A DNA stretch of 64,000 nucleotides from Macrostomum lignano (GCA_002269645.1 NIVC01001708.1:1-64000), one strand, 5' to 3'; shown: positions 51,591-64,000, counted from the first letter of the stretch. Notes: generated from the letters alone by a model not told the origin. Made by a program: numbers and translations.

Positions 51591-51934
51591 TAGTTTTGGC
51601 AAGTAGCTCGTTATATAACTCGTTGGTTTTGCAGCCATCAATTTCATAAATCCCTGATTAGTATAAACTGACGAAGGACATAAGGCTTCGTTAACAGCAG
51701 CGGCTTTAACTTCCCAAAATGAAATCACCCTATAGCTTACCTGGCTAAGTAGCGAGCAATTAGAGATGAGCAGTGAGACAGCCCTGTTCAGGTGTTCAAC
51801 CTTCCGCAGCGAATGAAACTCCGCTTGATCCTATTAAATTTAAGTAAAAATTATATAAGTAACAATTGACATGTTCAAGAAGGAATGTTTTTGACACCCC
51901 TGACACCCAAATAGAATTGCTGACAGCTAAAGTT

Positions 51935-52425
51935 AGACGTCGCTGACACCTAAATTAGACGTCGCTGACACCCAAATTAGACGTTGCTGACACCCAAATT
52001 AGACGTCGCTGACACCCAAATTAGACGTCGCTGACACCCAAATTAGACGTCGCTGACACCTAAATTAGACGTCGCTGACACTCAAATTAGACGTCGCTGA
52101 CACCCAAATTAGATGTCGCTGACACCTAAATTAGACGTCGCTGACACCCAAATTAGACGTCGCTGACACCCAAATTAGATGTCGCTGACACCTAAATTAG
52201 ACGTCGCTGACACTCAAATTAGACGTCGCTGACACCCAAATTAGATGTCGCTGACACCTAAATTAGACGTCGCTGACACCCAAATTAGACGTCGCTGACA
52301 CCCAAATTAGACGTCGCTGACACCCAAATTAGACGTCGCTGACACCCAAATTAGACGTCGCTGACACCCAAATGCTGACACTCAAATTAGATGTCGCTGA
52401 CACCCAAATTAGACGTCACTGACAC
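51935..52425. repeat. 22-bp tandem repeat cgctgacacccaaattagacgt x~22 (intronic)
   Basis: Head-to-tail copies. Confidence 0.95.
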
Positions 52426-52470
52426 CAATTAAAATTCGCTGAAACCCAACCCACATGAGTCCAAGCCCAC

Positions 52471-52709
52471 CTGTCCGACGCCGCCGCCGAGCAGCACTGG
52501 TCCGAAGACCGTGCCCAGACTGCCGACGCTCATCCGAGTCTCCGGGCAGGAGGCCACCAGGCTCAGCAGGTGCAAGATGGACAACAAAGCCGACGCGTTG
52601 GTCTCCGGCAGCAGCAGTTGGAACAGGCGAAGAGCGCGATGCTGCCTGCAGAGGGCCAGCTGCTGCTCGGAATCTGTGCGGCCGCAGAGCGACTCGGCGC
52701 TGGTTAGCT
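52471..52709 (-). CDS. ARHGAP19: ARHGAP19-like RhoGAP exon (GAP domain C-half)
   Basis: Not in the ORF track in this frame: ALRLFQLLLPETNASALLSILHLLSLVA...RMSVGSLGTVFGPVLL; phases 1->0 fit. Confidence 0.88.
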
Positions 52710-53023
52710 CTGCGAATTGATTGATTACGTAAGAAGGGAAGGCCGTATAGGCTGGGGTCGCAGTCGGGGGCGGAGGATATAGTCAAAATCTACAGAATGG
52801 CGAGACTCCTGGCAAGTTAAGTCTTTCCGACTGTGTGAAGCTTGTGGCCTCCCAACCCCCATTTTCTCTCAGGAGACTATAGGTAACGTTCGGAGACGTT
52901 GCCCTCTTTATATAGCATTTGCTTGGCCTAAATTGGTGCCCCCATAATCTCACTAATCTTAATGAATCAGATTAATCTCATATTCTCAGTGAAAATCTAG
53001 ATTAATATGTTTCGAATGCGTAC

Positions 53024-53284
53024 CTTCAATCGCCAAAAGTACATCCACCAGTCTTTGATTTAAAATGCTCGCCTGACCGTCGCCGCCGCGGAGCAACATT
53101 TTGAGCACGTTGGCTGCGTCGTGCACGGTCGTGCTGTCGGGAATTCTGACATCGGGCTGGGTGCGGGCGGTGGAGCACCGCAGCGGGGGGGCTGCCGCCG
53201 TTGCGCCTGCGGTCAGCTGTTGATGAAGCGCTTTCTGACGGGCGCAGTGACCCGTTTTGCGAAACAGGCCCTCGACTTTGTAGC
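53024..53284 (-). CDS. ARHGAP19: ARHGAP19-like RhoGAP exon (GAP domain N-half, arginine finger)
   Basis: YKVEGLFRKTG, VHDAANVLKMLLR; donor G|GTACG; acceptor at 53284 (phase 1), alternative at 53343. Confidence 0.88.
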
Positions 53285-53782
53285 CTGCAGGTTTCGGGTT
53301 GAGTTCGGGTTGGAGCAGTCTCGGCCACTTCTCCCCAAGTTTTCTGGGAGCAACAACAGACAATTTGCTAATTTGCTAGCCATGCAGGCTCTCGCTCATA
53401 AAGTTCAGGCAAAATTCTCTATCTACTTCTATTACCAATTAAAGGCCCGGAGACAGGAGGGCACGTGAAAATGGCATTAGAAAAAGGAATGGACTGTAAA
53501 CAACAGGGACCATATTAAAAATTTAAGCCTGTTTAGTCGAATTTCCCTAAGAGCAATAAAGCTATAAATTTATGTTCTTGGCCATTAGCCATTGTCGTGC
53601 CTTTGAAAAAACAGCTGCCGATCGAACACCATTACACCAAGAGCGCACGATGGAGACTACTTTTGTTACAGCTGGCTGCAAAGGTAAAAGCGGGCACGCA
53701 ATAAATTAAGCACTTTGTAGGTGCAATTTTTATCATGCCTCCGTGTTACTACTATTTTTTTAGGAAAACACATCTGGCTTTC

Positions 53783-55450
53783 CATAGGCGTAGGAACGTT
53801 TCAAAAAGTGGGGGGGGAGGCAGGTTCAGTGGCGGATTTAGGGGGGGGACGCACAGGGGGCGCCGCGCGCGCACGCCTCCATCGAGTAAGATTTTCATAT
53901 ATGGAAAATGCACATTATCATGTACCGATTATTTTTAGAATCCGTCTTGTCAGCATTCATTTTAGCGCCGCAGGCACTCATTTTAGCGCCACAGGCACTC
54001 ATTTTAGCGCCACAGGCACTCATTTTAGCGCCACAGGCACTCATTTTAGCGCCACAGGCACTCATTTTAGCGCCGCAGGCACTCATTTTAGCGCCACAGG
54101 CACTCATTTTAGCGCCGCAGGCACTCATTTTAGCGCCACAGGCACTCATTTTAGCGCCGCAGGCACTCATTTTAGCGCCACATGCACTCATTTTTAGCGC
54201 TGCAGGCACTCATTTTTAGCGCTACAGGCACTCATTTTAGCGCCACAGGCACTCATTTTAGCGCCACAGGCACTCATTTTAGCGCCACAGGCACTCATTT
54301 TAGCGCTGCAACACTTATTTTGGCGCTGCAGGCACTCATTTTAGCGCCACAGGCACTCATTTTAGCGCCACAGGCACTCATTTTAGCGCCGCAGGCACTC
54401 ATTTTAGCGCCACAGGCACTCATTTTAGCGCCGCAGGCACTCATTTTAGCGCCACAGGCACTCATTTTAGCGCCACAGGCACTCATTTTAGCGCCGCAGG
54501 CACTCATTTTAGAGCCACATGCACTCATTTTAGCGCCGCAGGCACTCATTTTTAGCGCTACAGGCACTCATTTTTAGCACTGCAGGCACTCATTTTAGCG
54601 CTGCAGGCACTCATTTTAGCGCCACAGGCACTCATTTTAGCGCTGCAGGCACTCATTTTGGCGCCACAGGCACTCATTTTAGCGCCACAGGCACTCATTT
54701 TAGCGCCGCAGGCACCCATTTTAGCGCCGCAGGCACTCATTTTAGCGCCACAGGCACTCATTTTAGCGCTGCAACACTTATTTTGGCGCTGCAGGCACTC
54801 ATTTTAGCGCCACAGGCACTCATTTTAGCGCCACAGGCACTCATTTTAGCGCCGCAGGCACTCATTTTAGCGCCACAGGCACTCATTTTAGCGCCGCAGG
54901 CACTCATTTTAGCGCCACAGGCACTCATTTTAGCGCCGCAGGCACTCATTTTAGCGCCACATGCACTCATTTTTAGCGCTGCAGGCACTCATTTTTAGCG
55001 CTACAGGCACTCATTTTTAGCACTGCAGGCACTCATTTTTAGCGCTGCAGGCACTCATTTTAGCGCCACAGGCACTCATTTTAGCGCTGCAGGCACTCAT
55101 TTTGGCGCCACAGGCACTCATTTTAGCGCCACAGGCACTCATTTTAGCGCCGCAGGCACTCATTTTAGCGCCGCAGGCACTCATTTTAGCGCCACAGGCA
55201 CTCATTTTAGCGCTGCAACACTTATTTTGGCGCTGCAGGCACTCATTTTAGCGCTGTAGGCACTTATTTTGGCGCTGCAGGCGCTATGTTTTGTCGCCCT
55301 TCAGCAAAATGCATTCATTTAAAGCAGCAAAAACCAAAAATAAACAAGTCTACATTTTACCTTTAAAATGTGAAGGGGCCAGATACCATTACTGGCCTCC
55401 CCGCATTTTAAAAAGTGGAGGCCATGGCCCCACTGTCCCCACCGTCCATT
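53783..55450. mobile_element. Non-autonomous element with ~1.3-kb 21-bp minisatellite (agcgccgcaggcactcatttt)
   Basis: Left end CATAGGCGTAG...CAGTGGCGGATTTAG and right-end sequence shared with 63530-64000. Confidence 0.75.
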
Positions 55451-55881
55451 GTATCAATTTGATCTATTGTATTATATAGCTTCAAATTGGACTAACTCAA
55501 AGACTCAAAACTCAAAACAGACTCAAAGACTCAAAAGAACTCAAAAATCAAAAAGATAAATTTGGCTTTTGCAGATGAATGATTATAGGTGCAAAATATG
55601 ATTATAGTTTCGGCTAGAGTATAACACTATGTACGCATCCTTGAGTGCACCAGATAAGGATAGTAAAATGTAAACATTTACTCGTATTATTTAGCAGTTT
55701 TATTATTAGCTACGGTTTAAAACGGCCAGTCAGAATTGGGATCGTCGAAGGGTGCTAATAGCTTCCACCCCTTTTCGGCTGATTTTATATTATAGCTCTC
55801 GGAGGGTGTGAAGTAACCCCGTGGGAAAGTCCTATCAGATAGCTAGTCAGCGCCGCCAGCCTTTTAACTGACAATTTAACC

Positions 55882-58781
55882 CTAGGGCGGGCAAACTCCG
55901 GCCCGCGGGCCAGATCCGGCCCGCGAGGCTTTATTTTCTGGCCCACCACATAGCTTCTCATTTGCATTAAAATCCGGCCCGCATAAGTCTGGCACTAGAT
56001 TTTCCAGATTCTAAGGCTCTACTAAGGAGTCTAGACTCTAATAAGCAAACAAAGACTTATTCCCCTCTCCCTTTATATAGTATATTGTCAGATTCAAAGG
56101 TATGGGCCGTGCCCAACCTTAAGCTCAATTTGGCTGTCTGTCCCTCTGGGCACGTGGCGTACGTCCATAAGTTCTCTTCCCCTTTCTAGCAGTCTTCCTA
56201 TCAAGCCTTAGACATTGTTATATTATCCAGAGAGAAAAGAGTTGGTTTGGCCCCTGCACTGTTTAGCTGGCTGCAGCCTGCTGTTGGTAGACCACCTCCC
56301 CCCGAATCTGTTTATTTATGTGCCTATTAACTAAAAGTTCCCCTAAAATAAAATTTCCCTCAGTGTCACAGTGTGCCTTCCATCTATCTATCTAATCATG
56401 TCTACTACACCTCAACCTGCTAAAAAGAGAAAAGTAGATCTCGAGTGTCGGGCCTTTAAAGCTGATTGGCAGGAGAAGTACTTTTTTGTTGAGCGCTTTG
56501 GCCAGGCGCAGTGTCTTATCTGTTTTAAGATTGTGGCTGTCCTTAAAGAATTCAATGTGCGTCGCCACTGGGAAACTAATCACCAAACATCAGCCTATGC
56601 TTCAATGCCTGCTGATAAGAAGAAAGAAGCTATCACAAAGCTGTCTGGCAACCTGCAGAAGACGACTTTGCTCTTCCGCAAGCAGACCACTGAGGCCGAC
56701 AAGGTGACTCGTGCAAGCTACGAGGTCTCCCATCTACTAGCTTGCCGGATGAAGCCTTTCTCGGATGGGGACTTCATCAAGGAGTGCCTTGTGACTGTGG
56801 TGAACTCTGTCTGTCCAGAACAGCGTTCTGCTTTTGAGAGCGTGAGCCTCTCATCCCGTACTGTTCGACGGCGCATTGAGGAGATGTCGGACAATGTGCA
56901 CGACTTGCTGAAGACCTGCTGCTCTGATCTAGTTGCCTTCTCCCTAGCTCTTGACGAGAGCACTGACATGAAAGATACAGCCCAGCTGGCCATTTTTATC
57001 CGAGGAGTCACTTTTGACCTCAAGATTCACGAGGAGTTTCTGCAGCTTGTCCCACTGCATGGCACCACCACTGGCAAGGACATCTTTGATGCTGTGCTTC
57101 AGTGTGTTGAGCAGCACTCACTTGATCTTTCTCGCCTTGTGTGTGTGACGACCGATGGTGCCCCAGCAATGACTGGAGAGAGGAAAGGCGCCGCATCACT
57201 GCTAGTGCATCACTGTGAGGCTGCCGGCCATACCCAGCCAATACAAAAGATGCATTGCATTATTCATCAGGAGGCCCTGTGCGCCAAGTCTGCCAAACTT
57301 GCTGATGTCATGTCGATTGTGGTGAAAGTTGTCAACTCCATCCTCTCTAGCAGCCTCAACCATCGCCAGTTCCAGACTCTAGTGGACGAGGTGAATACGC
57401 AATATGGAGACCTGCTCTACTTCTGCGAAGTCCGCTGGCTGAGCCGTGGGGCCATGCTTTCCCGTGTGTGTGACCTGCAGCAGGAGATTGTCACATTTTT
57501 GCGCCAGAAGAATCTGCCCCATGCGGACTGTTTTTCTGACTCAAAATGGCTTGCTCGCCTGGCCCTGCTGACTGATGTCACTGCACACCTGAATGCCCTC
57601 AATATAAAACTTCAAGGCCAAGAAATTCTTGTGACGGACATGCACGCTGAGATCACTGCATTCGAGGTCAAGCTACGCTTGTGGGAGGCTCAGCTGACTG
57701 CTGGTCAGTTTGTGCACTTTCCTCGTCTTGCTGCCTGTGCCCCAGATGACGTGGACCTGGTCACTTGCGCAGGGGTTGTGGCTTCTCTGCGGGAGGAGTT
57801 TGCCTCCCGCTTTGCAGGAGTCAGACGCCTGGCTGTGGACTTCAAGCTCCTCACTGCTCCCTTTGACTGCTCGGTGGATGATGCCCCAGCTGCCCTGCAG
57901 ATGGAGTTGGTTGAGCTGCAGTGCAACGATGGACTGAAGGCAAAGTTCCGCACTTCCTCCCCTCTAGCCTTCTTTCGGGACCTTGTTCTCCCATCCAACA
58001 ACTTTCCAAACTACATCGCCCATGTTCAACGTATTGTGGCCATGTTTGGGAGCACCTATTGCTGCGAACAGCTGTTTTCCAAAATGAGCTTCACCAAATC
58101 TCGCCTTCGTTCCCAGATTTCAGACCGCCATCTTAATGATATCCTTCTGCTGTCTACTTCGTCTATCAAGCCAGATTTTGAAGCACTTCTTCAGGGCAGA
58201 CAGTACCACCCATCTCATTAAGTTCAAATGACTGAATTTCTGCTAACAGACTGTAGATTGGGCATGTCTGTCAACCAAAATTTGTCACCAATATCTCCTC
58301 TAACGGCATGCTATCACTGCCCATCATTGTTCGAGCATTTTGTCAATGTATTTCTTTTTTATCTTTCCTATTATAATTCCCTGTCAATGTCACTTTTTAT
58401 TGTCCATTTTTTCTATTGCTAGTACTATTTTCCTTCATTAAATATCAACTGTATCATCTGTAGCAAGTAACTAATAACTTTTTTATCAGCGCTGATGTTA
58501 TTGCCATCGGAAGTAAGAGCAGTTACGTAATTTTTTAAACGTCATTTTTACTTAAACTTCTCATTTGTTAATTCGACTTTATATAAAGCAAATATCTGCA
58601 TATTCAATGATACATGTATTTCACTAATTGTAATGAAACCTACTATTAAAAGCTTGATAAGCAAATAAACTAAACTGTATTTCTATCTACCAAGAAAGTT
58701 GCCTCGTTATTGAGCTCCGGCCCGCGGCTGTTCAACGAAAGTATTATTTGGCCCACTCTCTAAAAAGTTTGCCCGCCCCTG
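55882..58781 (+). mobile_element. hAT transposon, SPIN/Charlie (Buster) type, 2900 bp
   Basis: 8-bp TSD ATTTAACC, 16-bp TIR CAGGGGCGGGCAAACT (left copy has 2 mismatches), GGCCCGC subterminal motifs. Confidence 0.95.
56398..58221 (+). CDS. hAT transposase (GTF2IRD2/SPIN-like), intact, 607 aa
   Basis: AKKRKVD NLS, BED-like C2H2, ALDESTD, TTDGAPAM, HCIIHQ, VRWLSRG, CEQLFS. Confidence 0.95.
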   Translation: MSTTPQPAKKRKVDLECRAFKADWQEKYFFVERFGQAQCLICFKIVAVLKEFNVRRHWETNHQTSAYASMPADKKKEAITKLSGNLQKTTLLFRKQTTEADKVTRASYEVSHLLACRMKPFSDGDFIKECLVTVVNSVCPEQRSAFESVSLSSRTVRRRIEEMSDNVHDLLKTCCSDLVAFSLALDESTDMKDTAQLAIFIRGVTFDLKIHEEFLQLVPLHGTTTGKDIFDAVLQCVEQHSLDLSRLVCVTTDGAPAMTGERKGAASLLVHHCEAAGHTQPIQKMHCIIHQEALCAKSAKLADVMSIVVKVVNSILSSSLNHRQFQTLVDEVNTQYGDLLYFCEVRWLSRGAMLSRVCDLQQEIVTFLRQKNLPHADCFSDSKWLARLALLTDVTAHLNALNIKLQGQEILVTDMHAEITAFEVKLRLWEAQLTAGQFVHFPRLAACAPDDVDLVTCAGVVASLREEFASRFAGVRRLAVDFKLLTAPFDCSVDDAPAALQMELVELQCNDGLKAKFRTSSPLAFFRDLVLPSNNFPNYIAHVQRIVAMFGSTYCCEQLFSKMSFTKSRLRSQISDRHLNDILLLSTSSIKPDFEALLQGRQYHPSH

Positions 58782-58982
58782 ATTTAACCGTTTTAACGCC
58801 AACCAACCGCGCAATAGGATTTCTTATCAGTCCAGACAGACAAAATATTTTTACGACTGTCCAAGACTCCATTAAAAGCACTTTAACGAGGGCGGCTCGG
58901 ACATACGGAACACAATAAACACATAATGACTTACGATCATTCTCAGTTAAAAATCTAATCAAATGCGAGATTTTATTAAAAC

Positions 58983-59063
58983 CAGCTTGGCAGAGATGCT
59001 GATGCTGCGACTGCTGTTTCCCTTGCCCAGCGGGGTCACCGGGTCTGGCGCGCTCCGATATGC
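58983..59063 (-). CDS. Candidate linking exon of the RhoGAP
   Basis: Acceptor aatttcag|, 81 nt, phase 1->1, gives QHLCQA|GYKVEGLFRK; donor is weak (GTTTTA). Confidence 0.4.
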
Positions 59064-60567
59064 CTGAAATTTCGTGGAAAGGGAATAGAATATTATTGCA
59101 ATCTCTAGAGCGTTATGGACATTCAAGCATACAAACCTTAGAGATTTAGTATATTTAGATTGATGGGCAGTTAGTATTGGAATGTGCGGACTGAATGCGT
59201 GCAGATGCAGAACTGCAGAGAGCAACAAGACAGATTGAAGACAGCTGAATCTACAGCCCACCCACCATCCATCTCATGCTGGCTTGTTCCTGTTTGCCAC
59301 ACCATGCACCGACCTAGTTTACCGCCTTCATCCTGCAGGCATTGAGTGGGGTGGCGGCGCGACCGTGCGGCCCGGGCCCTCCTGGGAATTTTTTTAAAGA
59401 AACACCTGCCGCCGCCACAGGAGTCGCGCTTTCGATCAGGCAGGCAGGCGCCCTTGTGTGAGGAATAATCATTGGCAAGCCCTGTGGAGCCCCAGGTCAC
59501 AGACAGGGGCTTCAGTTCCATCCCCAGACAGAGGCGCATTAAACTTCAACAATGAATGACATTTTCTTTCTTCTATATGGGGGATTTCTTCCCTATCCTC
59601 AATCGAGTGCTCCTTAGCCTCCTGCGTCCCGCCTTTCTGCGTGGCTCGTCCTAGCAATAAATTTTACAGCTCTCATAGCTCTAGTAATTGTTCCATAGTC
59701 TTGTTTGTCTGCAAATGGAGCAGACAGCCGGGGCAACCCCGATGACCATAAATAAAACCAATTCCAATATCGCATTGCAGTGTTTACTAGCAGAGCAGCC
59801 CGTAGTATATAGGTAAAACGTGTCCTAACGTGACCCCCAAAACTTGTTTTCTTCCTGGTTGTTCTATCTGCAGCCCACGCAACAGCATGATCTTAGAGAC
59901 TAGAGAGTGCATTCAGTTCAAACTAACTAAATATTCAGCCCCTGTACAGTTATGACGTCTCAGGCATTTAACTATTTATACTACCTTGAAGCCCTTCTTT
60001 TTATAGTTTCAAAACATGGGCCGAATACGCTACGTACGGCGCTAAAATGTTTCTTTTAGCGCATGGACTGCTGATTGGGAACTGGGACTGGACTATCGCC
60101 GCTTGCCCTGGCAATGTTACACATGGCATCGACTATGGATGCAGTGGCGCACTGCAGGCGCTGACTCCTGGTCATGGCTCATGACCCCCTTCCCCCCTTA
60201 CCCCTTTTAAACAGGGGGGGGGGGGTCCGCAAATTTTTTACTTCTAGGACCAGATAAACAATCCAGCTCATGACTGCGATCAGGCAGGAGTGGAAAGGAG
60301 AGGGGATGGGAGAGAGAGAAGAAAGAGCAGATGAGAGATGACAGAAAAGAGGAGAGGTGAGAGGCGAGATGAGAGGCTATGAGAGAAGAGATGAGTGAGA
60401 AGAAAGGAGAAAAGATGAGAGAAGAGAGTAGGGGAGAGGAAAGGCGAAAATAGAGAAGAGGAGAGAGGAGATGAGGATCAGGAGAGGAGATTACTAAGAG
60501 GAGTACAACCTTTAGCGGGCCGGATTGCCATTCTAAAGTGTCCAAAGACCCGAAGGCCGGATAGAGG

Positions 60568-62153
60568 CACAGACCATATAGAATATAGACTAGTAAAGTG
60601 AAGAAAAAAGTGGGCCATTTTCCCCCATAAGAAACTGGTCCCTCTCACCCACCCCAGCTCGATCGATATGTGGTACAGGGCGGGCCTCTTTTCCATTGTG
60701 CTCCTATTGAACACATGCAATTGAGATACATTTTTTCTTTTTTACATAAAACGCCACGAAATCCAAATACATAAAAGTAATGAAATTAAATTAAATTACC
60801 CCGAAATGTCTTCCAAAGTCCAAGCTTTCAGATTAAGAAAAATTGCTGTGCGCAGCAGCTTCTGTCTCATTCCTGCCTTTCTTAATAAGTGCGACATGTC
60901 TTTCGCAATTTTCTTCATGCGAATTCTGATGTAAAAAATGCTCATAACTTTCTTGACTCAATACCCGTGCTAACAGCTGCAGCTTGTGTGACTCGATACC
61001 TGTGCTACAGCTGCAGCTTGTGTGCCTCAATACCTGTGCTAACAGCTGCAGCTTGTGTGCCTCAATACCTGTGCTAACAGCTGCAGCTTGTGTGCCTCAA
61101 TACCTGTGCTAACAGCTGCAGCTTGTGTGACTCAATACCTGTGCTAACAGCTGCAGCTTGTGTGACTCGATACCTGTGCTACAGCTGCAGCTTGTGTGAC
61201 TCAATACCTGTGCTACAGCTGCAGCTTGTGTGACTCAATACCTGTGCTAACAGCTGCTGAATGCGAATCTAATTCAGAGAATAGCGGTTGAAATTCAAAG
61301 TGAAATTCAAATTCAAAGTCTCTTGAACAGCGATTGAGCTTGAAAAGCAGCTATCAAAGCTGGAGCGGCGAATAATCGTTTCGGTGTTCAGCAGAATACG
61401 TATAGTTCTTGGAATGCTTGGACGCAGAATCCTGGAAGGCATCGTACACACTTGAGATCCATTTCCGTAAAGAAGATGGATGCGCGGAAGCCGGAAAAAG
61501 TTTCTCACGTATTCGTATGCCTTAGGACTGTAATAGTGCAACGTGGAAGCAAATCGCCGAACTTCAGGAGGAAATTTTTATCCTCTTGTTTTTAGTTGGC
61601 ACTAGACAGCTCAACAATGAATTTGATGACAGAAACTGCAGACGGGATGCTGCAGCTTCATCCACAACACTCTTTGCCTACAGCACTTTCACAATTTCTG
61701 TCAGTGACTTTGACCGCGCCCTTAGTCGCTGGTGCTTCTTGTTCAGCTCCCTGAGCACAGCAATAGTTGCCACATTTTCTGGCGCTTTCTCCTTTTTGAT
61801 ACACTATAGAAGCTGGCTGAGGCTGCATGGATAAGAATGCTTTAATTGGTTTTTTGCTGGATATTTTTGCAAGGAACTTGTAATTCAAATCAAATTCAAT
61901 TTCAATTAAATTCAATTCAATTCAATCAATTCAATTCAAATCTAATTTACATTTATTTTGCCTCCCTGGGATTTTAAACTCTTTATAATAAGTAAATTTC
62001 AAGCTTGAAAACTTGCACTTGCCCATTTTTTGTCCCACATATCGATCAAAGTTGGGCCTTTGTGGAAGGACCATTTTTTGTGTTGCTTTTTTGTCCCACA
62101 ACGCGCCTGGGCAAGCCCCCGAGATTCGCAGTCTATATTCTATATGGTCTGTG
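60568..62153 (-). mobile_element. Internally deleted P-element-superfamily transposon
   Basis: 24-bp TIR CACAGACCATATAGAATATAGACT (CANRG), 8-bp TSD GATAGAGG; THAP9/P transposase remnants FPPEVRRFASTLHYYSPKAYEYVRNFFRLP (~61490-61580) and IRIRMKKIAK...MRQKLLRTAIFLN (~60830-60957). Confidence 0.88.
60962..61257. repeat. 35-bp minisatellite inside the P element
   Basis: tacctgtgctaacagctgcagcttgtgtgactcaa x~8.5. Confidence 0.92.
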
Positions 62154-62267
62154 GATAGAGGCTTTGCGGGCCGGAGTTTGCCCACCCCTGCCTTTAGAAG
62201 AAACTCATGGCAATGCCACTGAAAATTATATACTACCGGTACATTTAACATTCACATCACTACTTAC

Positions 62268-62562
62268 TGCAACCGGAGCTGCGTTCCCGTAATCGCAGCG
62301 GCGATGGAAATCTGAGCAGACCGTGCAGGTAACACTTTCGCTTCCAACTGCTGCTGCTGGCGCCGCCACTGCCGCAACTATAGTCGCTATCAAAGTGCGG
62401 CAAATCGACTAGAAATGACAAGTGAACGCGAATTAGTTCGCGGAATTTATCGGGACAGGCGTGGCGAAAATTTAGCATCGACTGCAGCAACTGACGATCT
62501 GACTCGGTGGACACGTTCAGCACAGCGTTGAGACGCTGACAGTAGCTTGTTACTGCGCGATC
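62268..62562 (-). CDS. ARHGAP19: ARHGAP19-like RhoGAP, most 5' visible coding exon
   Basis: FRHACPDKFRELIRVHLSFLVDLP resembles the ARHGAP19 N-terminal helix; acceptor ttattag|, donor A|GTAAGT. Confidence 0.75.
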
Positions 62563-63529
62563 CTAATAAGGTGAGGCGAAAGAGGAATTGATGTTTGATG
62601 GATTTAATCTGAAGACTGATGCTTTAATATGTTTATAACACTCAATCATAGTTCATAGTTCAATCATATCAACAGCTACAATCTCCATGTATACAAAGTT
62701 AAAAAAGCCAGCTAGTTGTACTCATACCGGTTGAGAAGTTTCCATGTCCATTCGTACGATTGTTGTTCCACACGAGATTAGAGTCATTCGTGCAAATCGT
62801 GCAAGTTCTCTTGTCTCTTAAAGTGGCGATTTTAAAATAAAAACTTCGATACAGATTTTCGAAGCTATTAGCTAGGTCAAGTCAAGGAGTTAAAAAATCT
62901 TTTTTTCAAAGACTCGAACCTTTTAAACGGTTTTTCATTTCAATTCTTTACGAGTAGTTTCCTGTCTTTGATTGGATGAGACTTCTGTCAAATAAGCTGT
63001 GAGGAAAATTTCTAGACTGGTAATATACAAACTTGCCCTTTACTACTTTCAATAGAATAATTTGTATACTGCTCCTTAGATCTTTAAAAGGGAGAACGCG
63101 ACAAGTCTAATAATCTATACGTACATATTTTTTACATGTAGTTCGAGATTCGGACCCTTTCTATATACTAAAAATGATCTTCCTAAAACTGATGGCGAAA
63201 CATGCGTTGGGGTCCTGATCATGGTACTTTCTACCTCTGCCCAGTCTCTTTAGCACAATTTTCCTCTGCAGCTGGTAGCACACCATGGTTTCTTCAATCT
63301 ATCCTTTTTTACCGGCCTCGATCCGTTCTATATAAATGAACCTTTATAGCCATAGATGCATACTAAAATTGAATATGAATTAAACCTATGTTAAGAAAAT
63401 ATATCAAAGGTAGCTTAAAGTGGTGGCCCTGGTCCACTGCCCCACATTCTGACGCCTTATATGCCCCTATATCTATATTTCCACGCGCTATTATAGGCTT
63501 TTTTTAGCTGTTCAAAGCTGCATGGGAAG

Positions 63530-64000
63530 CATAGGCGTAGATACGTTTCAAAAAGTGGGGGGTGGGGCAGGTTCAGTGGCGGATTTAGGAGGGGGGTGCA
63601 CAGGGCGCATGCTCCCGTCGAGTTAGATTTTTTAGATGGAAAAGCTAGGCACATTATCATGTACCGATTATTTTCAGAATCCGTCTTGTCAGCACTAAAC
63701 GCAGGCAATCATTTTATAGCGCCGCAAGCACTCATTTTAGCGCTGCAGGCACTCATTTTAGAACTGCAGGCACTCATTTTAGCGCCGCAAGCACTCATTT
63801 TAGCGCTGCAGGCACTCATTTTAGCGCTGCAGGTGCTATGTTTTGTCGCCCTGCAGCAAAATGCATTCATGCAAAGCAGCAATTAAAAACCAAAAATAAG
63901 CAAAAAGTCTGCATTTTACATTTAAAATGTGGAGGGGCCAGATACCTTTACTGCCACCCCCATTTTAAAGAGTGGGGGCATGGCCCCACCGGCCCCCTCG
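63530..64000. mobile_element. Second copy of the 53783-55450 element family with a short (~5 unit) 21-bp array
   Basis: Same CATAGGCGTAG left end, same post-array sequence; runs off the window. Confidence 0.8.

Larger units (their letters stand above)
60212..62190. mobile_element. hAT MITE (ends related to the 55882-58781 element) hosting a P element
   Basis: Right end GCGGGCCGGAGTTTGCCCACCCCTG, left end CAGGGG...CAAATTTTTT; TSD CTTTTAAA/CCTTTAGA (6/8). Confidence 0.65.

Noticed and set aside
59171-59539. GC-rich island as a RhoGAP exon (QCLQDEG resembling PLTEEG)
   Set aside because: Similarity too weak, and no acceptor/donor pair gave a convincing in-frame join

Overview
Eukaryotic (metazoan) genomic DNA; no prokaryotic features. 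Short GC-rich exons sit in AT-rich, minisatellite- and transposon-filled introns, which looks like a free-living flatworm such as Macrostomum (inference only). Three spliced host genes: a SENP6/7-like SUMO protease (+, ~13.4-15.6 kb), an MKK3/6/4-like MAP2K (-, 22.5-24.4 kb, 5' exon not found) and an ARHGAP19-like RhoGAP (-, 49.0-62.6 kb). The rest is mostly mobile DNA, often nested. (1) A young Ty3/Gypsy element (1-11364) with 2.2-kb LTRs and intact RT/RNase H/integrase but no protease domain. It also has a likely leader intron, a bZIP-site-dense U3 and an antisense TATA plus splice donor in its 3' UTR. (2) An older Gypsy (27298-37945) with an extra non-env ORF and a young TRIM inserted in its integrase. 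(3) An intact DD34D mariner inside a P-like foldback element. (4) An intact SPIN/Charlie-type hAT. (5) An internally deleted P element inside a hAT MITE. (6) A LINE RNase H fragment and several MITEs. Old blocks are almost free of CpG, and a young/old MITE pair shows selective CpG loss, pointing to germline CpG methylation.
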